This document shows, in pieces, positions 51,301-64,000 of a DNA stretch of 64,000 nt. The DNA is from Tubiluchus corallicola (taxonomy: Eukaryota; Animalia; Priapulida). Location of the stretch: positions 442,781-506,780 of the forward strand of contig JAQGDQ010000129.1 of NCBI GenBank assembly GCA_030141605.1, read 5' to 3'. Numbering within the stretch: the first letter of the stretch is position 1; each line of letters opens with the position of its first letter. A program made the position numbers and the translations under genes. The notes under the pieces are model-generated. The model was not told the DNA's origin and did not search any database. It saw nothing but the letters and a program-made list of their open reading frames with translations.

Positions 51301-54300
51301 TGGACTGATCAAACAGGCAGGTTTTTAGATAAAATTTATAGCTTAAAAATTTTGCATTTTTTAATTGTAACCATAATAATAAAGGTTATTATTATCCCAC
51401 TTTTACCCTAAATATCCCAGGAGGGAATAACAGCTGATACAATTTTTAAAGTTTTTCGTATGACTCGGCTGTGGTATCGAACACACAACCTGCCAGATGG
51501 AAAGCAGAACTGAATACCGTCTGTTTGGTCTAATGCTTCAGTTTATTTTTTCCTCGCTGTAGGAAGGCAGGAAATGTCCAAAGAAACAGCCAAACCTCCT
51601 TCCGTTCACTGGCAGTTTATATCAGACTGGGCTATAGATTACTCTACTCCAGGAGGAACGGACAAGGAAGGGTGGCAGTATGCTTCCGATTTCCCCCGAC
51701 CGTATCACAAGCGGAAGAGAATAGCTTGCTATGTACGGCGACGTAGATGGTTCAGGTAATGAAAATAAATTATTACATAATCGTTATAACTAATCTTTGA
51801 CAGGTTTGCTTACTTAATGAATAGCATTAAATGTTAATTGTTATTAACTTTGAAAAATTACTTTCATTAATTTGAATTAATTTTACTTGCAACTGTTAAA
51901 TGTTATGCTTACATTTCTTAACTCTAGTTTGCTTAACACCCTAGTTTTTTACTCTAGTTTTTATAAAGTTTTGTTTAATATAGGAAATGCAAGTTGACAA
52001 CAAATGGACCATGGCTAGATGTGGATACAGTAAAATTAAATAATGTATCCATACAGATTGATGCACCGACCTCAGTTGAAAGTGAAATTGCTGTGTGGGC
52101 TGTAGATTATAATGGGAATGTCTTGTGTCGAGTGGGTGTCACACTTACAGCTCCCAGGGTAGGTGCATTACATTCTGTTCCTTTTTGCATCATTTGTACA
52201 GTTATGTTTAAATTTTGCTGAACATCTGTGTTTTGTAGTTTGCATAACTGCTTTCTCACAATTTCAACATTCAAGTGAGACACTGATCACTACAAAAAAT
52301 TGTTGAAGCTTTGCACTTACGCAGCTGAAAGTGAGGCAAGGTGCATTGCGTAGCGGCGCAGTGTTGTGATTGGCAATCATACGTAAGAATGGCATCAAGG
52401 TTGGCCAGTTAACAGATATGTGAACCATCTTAATTCTCACTCTGAGCGGATGCATTTGATGTGCTAAATCAGGCTATTTGCCTCATAGAGGAGGGATTTA
52501 TTCTCTCACCATGAACATGTAATTGTTTAAGTCTGCTGCTGAATGCTGTTTAATTCTCACTCTGAGCGGATTCATTTGCTGTGCTAAATCAGGCTATTTG
52601 CCTCATAGAGGAGGGATTTATTCTCTCACCATGAACATATAATTGTTTAAGTCTGCTGCTGAATGCTGTTTAAAAAAATAAATTTATTCCACGATTTAGT
52701 ACTTTACTTCATTATTTTTAATATTATTTTTAGGGTTCTACTTGGATACATGTACCAGCTGATCAGTGTTTTACATGTATATGTGTGGGAAGTGCTGGTA
52801 GAATTTGGGGTGTAGCAAAGGATGGTTCAGCATTTCTGAGGAATGGTGTCACTCAGCAAGAACCGACTGGTTTGTATTTCTTTTCTATTGTTCACAACAA
52901 AAATAATAATTGAAACGATTTTTGTTACGACTGTGATGTTAATAATGGTTAATAATGCTAAAGTGCTATATAGTGGGATTCTAAATAAAAATAAAGCTTT
53001 CATTGCAGTATTTTCTCAACTAAACTTTAAACTTTTGTGCAGTAATAATTACTACGATCTAGTTGTTTTAATCAACCTTGCACACCTGCTGATCTTGATA
53101 ACAAATTCAAGGTAGTGTCTGACACCTAGTCTGTCTGTGCTTCAGTTTTATAAAAATACGTTTTTTTATACAGGGTCTTGCTGGTTCCAAGTGGCTCCAC
53201 CTAGGAAAGAAAAACTTTCTCAGGTGTCAGTCGGAGAATTAGCAGTTTGGGCAGTGGACTGTCATCGTAATCTTTATTACAGAAAGGATGTAATGCCGCT
53301 TTTTCCTGAAGGTACAGAGTGGCGACATCTTTGTGGCGATGTGCGGCATGTTTCAGTTGGTCCAAAAGATCAGGTAAGACAAACAAATTTTGTTAAAGGA
53401 CAAAAACACTCAAATAATAACTCTTAAAAAATGTCTCAAAATTTTCTATCGCTTACATGCTGTCTTATTGCATGCGCAGTTTGCATTAGCAGCTATGCTG
53501 CATAAAACTTGTAAATTTAAACTCCCATTACGATTGTCAGATGCAACAATTTTAATGGTAAGTCATTTTAAAAAAATTTAAAAACTTATTAGAACATTTG
53601 TAGCACACTCTTCACTAATGTAAGTATGGTGATACAGTGACGTTTTATCAGTTAGTACAAACATTTTATGTTACTGAGTATGTTCCAATTACATAAGTTT
53701 TTCAAACAGTTAGACATAATAATAAGTAATTTATTGAATGAAAAGTTTTCTGGAATCAAATTCCCTTTACTTTAAGTAAGCTCACAATACTAATTTGTCA
53801 AAGGTGGATACATCTTTTTATAATGCATTGAGTAAGAGTTAAAACTGCTAGTGTTAGTATTGTCTTTGTTATGAAACATTTTTATTGTTATTACAGTTGC
53901 TGTTGTATCAGTTACTGTATTTCGTACTGTTACCTTTCCATTATTGTTACTATTACTACTACATTTGCTAATATTATTATTCTAGAAAAGGAATATTTTC
54001 AATATTTCTGTAACACTGAATAATAAACTCAAAGACAAATTTTTACGCCAGTATGACAAAGTTGTATATTGGGTTATTGATGCTACAGTTATTCGTATTA
54101 TTTCGTTCAGATCATCTGTCACTGTTAAAATGGCAGCATAAACTGTAAAATTTGTTATTGGACATGTATTGTATACCTGTTATATTATCTATTATATCAT
54201 ATACATTATATTATTTATTCAGGCACAAGAGTTTAAAAAAGTAAAATAGCACATGTACAACAGTAGGGATTGACTAGCATGCTAGGGCCAGGAACAGAGA

Positions 54301-54858
54301 ACTTAATCCCCAAACAGCAAGCTGCCTGCTCACCTATACTAGAGAAGTGAATAATGAAGAAATATAAATAATCATTAAAATATACAAAACTAAAGCCAAC
54401 ATGATGTTATAATGGCATAATTTGTTTTTGATAGAACAGTGGTATTTATTTTTGTGAAAAATATCTATTCTAGCTCAATGTCACCAAAGTTCATTTTTCT
54501 CTAATTTTTCAGGTTTGGGTAATAATGGATTTCACCAACATTAATGGGGCTGTATGCAGAAGGAAAAATGTAAATAAGGAGAATCCAATGGGGACAGGAT
54601 GGGATGTTGGAATTAGGGTAAATTTAAACATTTTACTTAACTTATGATATCGTTAATATATCTTGATAATTTTAACATACTTCACTGTTGTTTTTAATTT
54701 TTAAAATTTAATTTTTAAAATTTTGATGTTACAAAGAAGTTGTAACTATTACATCGATATAATTTTAGGGTGGATGGCACTATGTCACTGCACGGGGCTG
54801 TGTTGATAGCATGAAAGTCCAGTCGTCCGAAGCACCAACTTCAACTGAAACTTGTTGA
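39394..54858 (+). CDS. TECPR1: Tectonin beta-propeller repeat-containing protein 1, 19 coding exons, ~1219 aa
   Basis: Exons: 39394-39618, 40126-40314, 41306-41428, 42891-43001, 43674-43854, 44063-44157, 44293-44415, 45837-46000, 46868-47604, 47877-48007, 49136-49432, 49847-49996, 51082-51316, 51563-51755, 51984-52158, 52734-52869, 53174-53373, 54513-54617, 54769-54858. Phases join (3660 nt). Two DysF domains (ENQRW...GW.YA.DFP...VRRR.W.R), TECPR repeats (SVG...VWAV...G..W), and a central PH-like region after a Ser/acidic linker. Confidence 0.93.
41649..42320 (+). mobile_element. hAT deletion derivative retaining a transposase C-terminal dimerisation remnant (TECPR1 intron 3)
   Basis: TIR CAGTAGCGTG.AGA / TCTACACGCTACTG. 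TSD CTCTGAAG / CTCTGAAA. About 41960-42065 translates SERSFSKLKLIKTHLR...SQEQMTSLALISSE, the hATC motif. Confidence 0.9.
44987..45713. mobile_element. Family A MITE copy 3, inverted relative to copy 1 (TECPR1 intron 7)
   Basis: TA|CAGTAGGCAGCGCTTATTAGACTCA ... TGAGTCTATTAAGCAGCACCTACTG|TA. The interior is the reverse complement of 2316-3284 (shared spurious ORF ...HPLQLTSL.K.F). Confidence 0.9.
51415..51525 (-). mobile_element. tRNA-derived SINE 5' fragment (MetaSINE-like central domain)
   Basis: Minus strand: B-box-like GTTCGATACC followed by GCCGAGTCATACGAAAAACTTTAAAAATTGTATCAGCTG, resembling the Meta-domain SINE consensus as recalled. Confidence 0.55.
52430..52673. repeat. Tandem duplication, 2 x 120 bp (TECPR1 intron 15)
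   Basis: Exact period of 120 (52430-52549, 52550-52669) with 3 substitutions. Confidence 0.95.
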
Positions 54859-57325
54859 TTAAAAAAGATGGCCTCATGAACTCGTCTATTTTAGGCCGAC
54901 CACGTGTTAACGAAAATGTGCATAATTCAGTTAGTACCAGTATATTAATAGTAAAACACAGTGTTACTGCTGTAATAAGAGTGACCATTGACAATTTTGT
55001 CAGAAAAAACATAATCATACGATCAAGGACAGAATGATTGTTACTCAAAAAAGGAGACGGAATGTCTAAATTGTATATTAATTATTCAATATTATTACTT
55101 TGCACAAGTTATATTCTTGAAAAAGTTGAGAGCTTGTTGAGATATGCCATAATGTCTTTAGGCATATGCCAAATTGCTTTCCAGAAGTGTTTTGAAAAGC
55201 TTTCCGTGTAAAGAAATCAGGAAGTTTCCTAGACTAAAAGCTGAAATGAACCTCTTTCATCAAGGTGAACAAGCAAACTCATTGCTTTAAAAACCTCTTT
55301 AGTCAAAAACGTGTACTTAATTAATCAAGTATCTTTTTTTGAAATTTATTAAAATTTAATGTTCTGTTTTCTGTTGAACAAAGCTCTTCCTTGAAACTGC
55401 TGACCTTTGTTGATCTTGGTTTATGTTTCTAACAGTTCTTGTGCTTAGTGTTTTTGTAGCAAAACAAGTTCAAGTAGCATGAAGATTCCTTTTTCCAATT
55501 ATTTTTCCTTGCATTACTTACTTGGTTATCAATGCCAGTGACTTAGTAATTATAACTAGGTAAAAAATTTCTTTTTTGCATGTTTATAAGATTAATGTGA
55601 AACTGCTTCTATTATGTGCTTGTGACATTTTTTGTAGCTTTAAAATGCAGTTTCCATGTACTGTTATGCTGACTAATGTTTTCTTTCAGTACAGTGTTAT
55701 AAAAGTTTTTTGACTTATTAATGGTTAATATTTTAAAAGGTATAATAATAGTTTATGTAGATGATTGTGTAAATACATGAAAAAAATTCAAGATAATTAT
55801 AATTCTCATTATTGGAATAGTGCAGTACAACACCACAGTACTAATTGCAGCTTTTTACACCCGGGCTTATTTTGATTTCCTCTTTATAATAACACTAATA
55901 AAGCCATGTAGTTTGATATAGTAATGTTTCTCCAAACTACATCTGTTGTGGTTTTGTTCTTTGAAAATCTCATGATGTTCAACATTGAAATGATTAACGT
56001 TTATTTGATATAATTGTCTACTAATAATAATTATAATAGTAATAATACGTGTTTTAAATTATTGGTATTGTAATATAATTATACTTTCTGTAAATATTAT
56101 GGACTCCTTTGCAGGTGTAGGTATTGCATAATATTCAATAGGACAATAGCATGATAATGTACGGATAATAATTAAATTGGTGCCTATGTTTACAATATCG
56201 CTATAAAATAATGTTGCAAATTCTTATCTGTTTTTCTTGCTAATAAAGTATGGTAATTGTTGCTATCTGTCAATCTTTTACAGTTGCTTTGAGTAATTAT
56301 CAACTGTCTCCCATTTTTATATTCCTATTTACATTTTTAGATTCATTATTGTGTCAACATATAATTACTTACATATAATACTTTATTTATATAGTCATTA
56401 TAAACCATTTAACAAAAGGATGGAAAAGTATCCTACTAATATTATTATTGTTCATTTATTTATTGGGAACGTAGTTACAACACAACTGCCATGCAAATAA
56501 AGACCAAACACTGACTTTGAATTTGTCTAGTAACATTGACTCATAATATGAAGCCGAAACAAAAAAATACGCCTTTGATATGTGTTATTTTAATTCAGGC
56601 CTAATAAAAGTTTACAAATTACAAAATAATTAAAAATTACAAATTTTGTCTATGCGTTCCAAGACTACGACCCAATTTTCACAGCAGTGAATGCTAGTTT
56701 GAATGCTAACAAATTGATTGACAATTTTGATAACATTGGTTATGGTCTTTCAAAGCATTTCAATACGAGAGCCCTAACCTCAGCTGTATTATGCAACAGA
56801 GAGGTTATTATAATTATTATTCGCCACTTAGAATATAGAGAAATTTGGAAAGCTACTTTTGACAAGATCATCTTTCATTAGCCTAATAGTTATATAAGCT
56901 TAGCTAACAAATGTTAACAAGCTTGCAATCCTCATTACTATACACTTTATTTTGCAATCACTTAACCACACTATGGGCCCCGGCATAACTCAAATCCGAC
57001 TTTAACTTTTTTCAAAACCATTAATCAATTCAATTTATTGCTGAAATACGTACATTGGCAAAACACAATACAGTACGTACATGTCAAATAATGGCTTTTT
57101 ATAGTGCATACGTGTAAGCTTAATTTATAAAAGCTTGTGCAATGGTTGATTTCAGTGCTAGTAATAATAATAATTAACAAGAGATGGCGCTGCATCTACA
57201 GAAACATACTGTACGTGTTCAATTTCATTAACTTTGTGCGTGTTCGTGGTTTTTGTTATATTTATACCCCACTTTCTAGTTTGGGTTATGCTAATGTAAA
57301 ATTTATCAAAGATATTGTTGGAAAA

Positions 57326-60300
57326 ATGTTATCGGATACTATTCTTATTTTAGTAATTTCTGTGTGTACAGCTCTTTTAGGAGAAGGTGAATTTTTGATG
57401 ATATCATACTGATTATAATATTAATATTATGCTGCAGGTTGAATTTTATTTACTCTCAGCGTATGCAACTTTGGCCAAAGACAAGATTTATTTAAGTGAG
57501 AATTACTGATTTGTTTTGGAAATCACATGAAAGATTTGCAGCTGTTTAAACTGCATATGAATATTCTCATGTTCTCATGTTCATCAGAAAAGTTGGCTAA
57601 GGAAGATGACAAAAAAGTTTATTTCCCTATTGTTAGAGCAGATGATTAGGTGTGTATAATACCTGTTACTGTATCTAGTAATACTAGTGGTAGGGTATTA
57701 TAACTGATGACTAATTTAACTAGCCTGTGGTACTGTCTTGTATTGGTATTTTCTTGTTAATTTTGAACTAATTTAGTATCAAGTCATAATACGTTATTTA
57801 AAAACCAACAGGAAATGACAAAAATCCTAGTTAGTAGGCCAATTTACTTAATTTATTAAGACTGTATTTATAAGAATAACTATAGGTGCTAACTTTTTGT
57901 TTGTTTATAGGTCTTACATGGCTGCTTGTGTATAGGACAGAAAAGTATAAAAAATTAAAACTTGAAGTTGAGCGTCAAAGTAAAAAATGTAAGTGATTAT
58001 AAGTGCTCTCAATTTTTCATGTGGTGTTCTTCACTCGATGTTACATTAATAAACAAAGCTTAATTCTTAATAGATTATTGCATATACAGTAGGCGCTGCT
58101 TAATAGACTCATTTTGGGATTGACGTGTTTTGACCCAATTAACCAACTGATTCAATTAGCCAACGGATGTAGCATATCACTACTGTAGAAGTATGAGTCA
58201 TCACTTTTCCACTTAGCTTGCACCACAAGGCTTTAAATAAACTTTAGAAAAGTATTAATGTCAAAATTATTATCGTGAAAGCTCAGTTGCTTCATTTCTT
58301 TGCGAAGAAGCTGATTTATGAAATTCTCATATTGAAAAACGTTGAAAATCTGCTGCTCTGGGCTGTACATACATTTGCGCAAAACACCTAGTATATATAT
58401 CTAACAATTAGTGATAACCTTGTTTCCCCTGTGAAAAGCAGTGGGAGCTTCAAAAGCAATTCACTGGAAAAGTGATTAAATGTTTAGCATCCAGAAACGA
58501 GGTTAACTGCAGTGGACGAGCGTGTGACAGATTCAAAGCACAACTGCTACCCTAGTATATTAGCACATGATAAGCAATCATGCATACAATAAAAGCTGTG
58601 CTTAATATGACTGTTTCTAAGTACATTATAGTGCCCAAAAGCGACATAAAGTTCAGCCTGTACAAGTTCTTTAGTCACACCCAAGTGTCTTATTGTAAGT
58701 ATGTGAAGGAAAACTATTGAGTCAATTATATGGAGTTATTTGAATCAATTATATGGAGTTATATGAATCAAATTGCCGGCAGTTTTAATGTACACTTGAG
58801 TAGAAGCAGCCCGTACCAGACGTTTTTGAATCAATTAAGCAACTGAGTCTACTAACCATCTGTCTAATAAATGGCGCCCACTGTACTATGTTCTAAAGAA
58901 AAAAATTACAAATCTCATTTTCAGTTGTACCTTATTTTGTTATATGTTAAATGCCCATTCTTCAGGTGCAGTCATAATAAACTGTATTTAACAGTTTGTC
59001 TAGTAGGCAGGGCTGTTTTAACAACTTTGGAGGCCCTGTGCAGAGTAATGTCCTAGGGGGAGCTGGCCTAATCACTAGAATACTTATCCTGCTACTACAC
59101 TTATGGGACTGCTGTCACAACATATCATAATACGTTTAAATATAAACAATGTACTTTAGAACCAGGAATAATCAACTAAAAAAATATATCATCAGCATGA
59201 AAATCAGAGATGATACAATGTGAAATATTAATCAATGTAAACATTTCCAAGATTTCACTGCAGAGAATTGATTTACAATTGGTTTGTTCATGATAAATGG
59301 CTTATATTTGCAATGGAAAGGTTAAATGAATGCTTTTGGATGTGCGAGTTTGTTTTTGTGAAAAGCCGCATGTTGCCGCTATTTGCTACTGGGAAGCTGA
59401 TAAACTGCCACATATAATTAATGGCCAGCTGTCTACACTTTTTATTTATGCATCTAAACTTGCCTGGGTTATGTAAAGAGTACTGATACTATAAGGAAAT
59501 TCTTTTATTCAGAATGGCTTCATAAGCTTTGTACATTGGGTATGCAAAAACATGCTTAGACCGACAACAAAAATATTTGTTTCCATCTAATTGTCTGAAT
59601 AATTTTTTAGCGTACACCCGACCGGAAATTTTTTAATTTCTTTTTTTATGCATTCACGTATTTACCTGGCACAATCATATAATAGCAGTTTTTTTTATTT
59701 AAAACATACTTATTATAACGTCCTTGTTTCATCGAGGGCTACACTAACTGCATTTCGCACAAGATTTGCATTCGTGCCGAATAGCATTGCCGCTTATACC
59801 ATAATTATCGGAACATACGATAATTTAAGGCTTCATACATTACAAAAAGAGGCAATACGATAATTGATAACGATACAATAATTTAGTAATGCAAAATAAA
59901 TAAAAGCAAAGTGTGATTAATATACACTGAAAAAATGTTGCTTTGCCAAGAAATCTTTTACAAAGAAACTGGCAGTATGAGGCCCCGACAATGTGAGACC
60001 CTGGGCATGCTCATGCTTTAAGACAGTTCTGCTTGTAGGCTTACAGTTGTGTCTATGTGTTATTTTAGCAAATTTATGCTTTACATCACCTACTGTCTTT
60101 TCAAGAACGCTTTTTGTTTTTAACAGTAGAAAAGAAGAGGGAGACTGTCGGGGAAGGAACGGGTGATCGGTCAGCTAGGAAAAAATTAGGTAAACAATTA
60201 TTTCAATAGCCAGTGAGTCGAGAAATCGATTAGTCGAGAAATGCACCAGTATCGCATATCTCGAGGTACAGTGTTTATTCTTACAGCTTATTCTGGTTGC

Positions 60301-63300
60301 TCGCATCTGCCCCGCCAAACAGGTTCATTAATGGACATATCTTTCTTGAATATGTCTGTAGATGCTATTACTTGGCATTCTGAATAATTGCCCATTAAAT
60401 GTACTAGATTTTGTATTAGATTTTTTTCTGAAGTTATTTCTAATAGGCTTTTTCTGAAGTCTATATAATTTGTTCCCAGTCTGTATTAGGTTGAGTTAGC
60501 ATAGTAGCCTACTGGCGCTATGTTATCTCCCAGAGTTTCCTTGTCGAGGCTATCATGAGGCCCACGTAACTAGGTGTGGTCTATTGTTATATTATGTAGT
60601 CTTTTAAACATTCAGTCTGTAATATAATTTTCAGTCTATACATTTATCATATCGTGTACTAGTTTTATCTTACTTAAGCATAGCTAGGGTTTATTGTCAG
60701 TATGTAGTGGGCTAAAAACTATTGTTCTACTAATGTAACTAATCTGCTTAGCATGTCACTGTAGATATCATTATGTAATTTTGCTTAATAATTAGGTGCA
60801 TATTTTAATCATCTGTTCTTGGTTTTTCTTCAGCTAAACAATACAGCCAAGTAGAAAGATGCAATACCAACAATTACATTCCATGGGTTTGGAATGAAGA
60901 TTAGTTTTCTAAATTTGGGCCAAAATTTAAGCACCAGTTTAGCTTTTTTGCCTTTTTCTATTAAATCAATTTCAAAAATAACAAACTGCTGTAACTGACA
61001 CACATTGTCTTGTGTAGCAAGTATCTGCACACATATACTTAGTGGCTGTGCCCTGTGGTATCATATCAAAACTGTTGCTCCTTTTCTGCACTTGTTGATT
61101 GAGCACCTGGTAATGTCACAGTTTTTTCGTCATCTAAGTTAAATAACGTCCTTTAGCTTGAAAAGCTGCTACTGTATAGTGAGTTCCTGTCTATTTACTT
61201 TAGCCCTTTCGTCATAAAAGTATGAGGTATTTGTCAGTATTGTGTAGAGATCTCGTACAGTTTTTAGCATTACATATAATAGAAATTTGTTTGGAAGAAC
61301 TTGTTCTTGATTCCTTTGTTTTTTCAACTTCTTTGTTTTATATGTAAATTATTTTTATATGGTTTGCGAACTATGTTCATAAATTCAGACAACTAGTAAG
61401 ATATTAACTGACTTATTTGTTTCAGAACGACAAGAGGAAAAATTAAAAACTAATAGCAGGGATTTATCAATGGTTAGCACGTTTCACTTTTCTCTGGTTC
61501 TGTCTCTTAAAAAGTTTAAAAAAATTTTTGTTTTATACCAAGGACTATGTTTATTAAGTGAATCTTCTACTTTTGTCATTGTTCCTGCTGTAATTTGTTT
61601 TCTTCATAACCCATTAAAATCTTTACTTTGTGCTTTTAACTTATGTCTCTACTTTTATATAATATATTGGTCTGAGTGTGTAGGTATGTATAAATTTATA
61701 TATATGGTAATATAGAGAGGTATTTTAAGAGTGTCCCATATTTCTAATTTTCTAATCTGGCAACCCTATAGCAATGATCTTGCTGTAGCCTATGTATGTG
61801 CAGGCACCAAATTCCGCTTTATATGTTGGGCAAACGTTTTCTGACCCTAGAGAACACAGTTTTTTTTATTTTTAAATAACATATTGATTTTTATGAATAT
61901 ATGCTGGAATTCCATTCGTTTTTGTAGGTAAAAATGAAGTCCATGTTTGCTATAGGTTTTAGCTTTACAACGCTCATGAGTATGTTTAATAGTATGTAAG
62001 TACATTATTGTTTTTTTAGTAATTAGTGTTTCAGCAAATGCCTAATACAGTATTAAAAATAACAAATCTGAGCAGAGCAAATAATAACTTGTTGATGTTG
62101 ATGTTGTATCATTTGTTAAAGCAGTATAATTATTTTCCACATAATGATAATGCATGTGTTATTAGGAAATGGAAGCTATGAACGTATGTACATTGAATAA
62201 TTACTTGGTGCACAAATTTGCATATTGTTCATTTCAAATCATTAGCTAACGTACTAAAAACAGTTGCCATATAATAATACCAGGTCTTGCTGGTCGCATA
62301 AGGACTCATATATTATTTCAGGTAGCGAAATAATTATAGTATCCCATGGTCTCTATAATGGTCTCACCAATATTATAAGTAATAAAATGAAAGTGTATAG
62401 CTTATACCAAATTGGGTCTTATAGGCACCAAACTGTGGGCCAAAAGGCTATCCGGTTGTTCTAGCGTATGACTGTATGATTCAAATTTATCTATTTGAAT
62501 TGGATGCACTGTTTCAATGGGCCTATTTTGGTGATTCTTTTAGAAAATTTCTGAAGGTAAGGCCCAGTTACCAGCTATTCTAGCAACCTATTCTTGTAAC
62601 AGTTTTTTAGTTTACTTTGCATTCTTTTGTTAAGAATATTGCTAGAAGCATGAAGCATGGCGTAAGAATATGGCTAATAATTTCAGCAACTCACCAATGT
62701 CCAGGTACCACAAGTCCATGAGCATGGTTCAACATTGCACGATACTTCACCATTCTCAATCCTTCATGATTTAAATCACCAACTACATATAATGTAAAAA
62801 CTTACAGACTTATAGGGCACGTTTGACTTATATAAATTCAGATGTCTTGAAGAAAGTCAATTGGCAAGACATTTCTCAAAGCTCAGACTCAGTTATTCTC
62901 CCTTTGCAAGTATTTCTTTTTTTAACTTTAGATTTGATGGGCGGGTAGTAGCAAAGTTGCCATTTATACCAATCTCATGGTTGCAAGGCTTGTCTCATCG
63001 GAACTTGCTAGGCGATGATTATACAGACTGCTCATTCATATTTTTATATATTCTTTGCACTATGTCAATTAGGCAGGTAAGAAGAAAATAGGTGCTTCTT
63101 ATATAACTGTAAAATATTTATTGTTCATAACAGTAATTCCATTCATAGTTCATATGTATCATTCAAATAAATGAGGAAAGATGTACTTGAATTTGCATAT
63201 CTTATTTTTTTAGAATATACAAAAGCTGCTGGGTTTCGCACCTTCGCGAGCAGCCAATCAGCAAGGCGGCGGTTTTTTTACTCCTCCCACGCAAAACAAG

Positions 63301-63303
63301 TAA
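57326..63303 (+). CDS. TMCO1: Calcium load-activated calcium channel TMCO1 (Oxa1-superfamily GEL complex subunit), 7 exons, 183 aa
   Basis: Exons 57326-57386, 57911-57988, 60127-60189, 61426-61472, 61928-61995, 62932-63076, 63214-63303 (552 nt, all GT-AG). Motifs SVCTALLGEGLTWLLVYRT, RDLSMVKMKSM, FDGRVVAKLPF, GLSHRNL.GDDYTDCSFIFLYILCTMSIRQNIQK.LG.APSR. Confidence 0.96.
58087..58883. mobile_element. Family A MITE copy 4 (TMCO1 intron 2)
   Basis: TA|CAGTAGGCGCTGCTTAATAGACTCA ... TGTCTAATAAATGGCGCCCACTG|TA. Collinear with copy 1, with a small internal ~23-bp tandem duplication at about 58718-58770. Confidence 0.88.
59008..60031. mobile_element. Non-autonomous hAT-type element (TMCO1 intron 2)
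   Basis: Imperfect TIR CAGGGCTGTTTTAA / TTAAGACAGTTCTG, subterminal GGCCC motifs, and TSD CTAGTAGG (59000-59007) / CTTGTAGG (60032-60039). Confidence 0.75.
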
Positions 63304-64000
63304 TTGGTTGCCAGATGAAAGACGAACTAAGTTACCAGTTTACCACCTATCATGACTGAAACAAGTTTACTCACCGTCATCACCACCATCGTTATCATCG
63401 TCATTGTTTTTATATAATTCTATATATGTAAAATATAAAGTTATTAAACATTTCATTTACATACTTAAATGAAACCTTTAGTTGTTTCAATAATTTCGTG
63501 ATCTTTATGAACGCCAATAATACAGAACTATGAAAGTACATCAAAAGAAATGTTTCTTTTTTATTCTAGTTAACTGCTGTCTTTGTGAAAAACTTTACAT
63601 GAAACAGTCACGTTAACGGCTAAAATCATATAATGTAATGAATATTCAAACGCACAAAAACTTATAAAAGATGTTTTGCTTTCAAATTTGTAAGCAAATT
63701 TCAGTTCAACTTTTAAACTGCAGTAGACATCTTATGTAAAATACATTGAATTAAAGTCAAACTGTTCTGGAACTACTAAATAAATCAAATATGGGTTAAC
63801 TACTTCAGTTTTACCTATGAAGTAATGTCAGTATTATTACAAGGTACATTAAAGACCACACATTCACAACAGCTAAACATATATTAAACTACAGTCCCTA
63901 GTCATAGCTCTTCTAACAGTAATATAAATAACAGGATTTCCTGATGATCACTATAACTAAACACTAGCAAACAGCACTTCTACAATATACAATTACACCA

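Noticed and set aside
54856-54870. TGA stop of TECPR1 as readthrough or selenocysteine
   Set aside because: Context is TGA TTA rather than TGA CTA, the protein already ends where orthologues do, and no SECIS is evident.
57137-57325. N-terminal extension of TMCO1
   Set aside because: The ORF starts at GTG with no in-frame ATG before 57326 and runs through the probable promoter (YY1-like AGATGGCG at ~57182).

Overview
This is AT-rich animal (invertebrate) nuclear DNA, not prokaryotic. It holds six housekeeping genes: the 5' end of mitochondrial methionyl-tRNA synthetase (MARS2, minus strand, running off the left edge), an intronless GLRX3/PICOT (+), U2SURP/SR140 (-, 23 coding exons, two GC-AG introns), TPP2 (+, only 3 exons), TECPR1 (+, 19 coding exons) and TMCO1 (+, 7 exons). 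MARS2/GLRX3 and U2SURP/TPP2 are head-to-head pairs, and GLRX3/U2SURP are tail-to-tail. Introns and intergenic DNA carry decayed CR1-type LINEs, TA-flanked Tc1/pogo-type MITEs (one family has 4 copies), hAT-type elements with 8-bp TSDs, a tRNA-derived SINE, and an unclassified TIR element with a 5-bp TSD in the MARS2/GLRX3 promoter. The most striking unexplained signal is in U2SURP. A perfect 14-bp inverted repeat would base-pair over a weak productive 5' splice site, leaving a consensus frameshifting GTAAGT donor in the loop, which makes it a candidate RNA-structure splicing/NMD switch. All exon models were read by eye, with reading-frame checks against remembered vertebrate orthologues. No searches were run.
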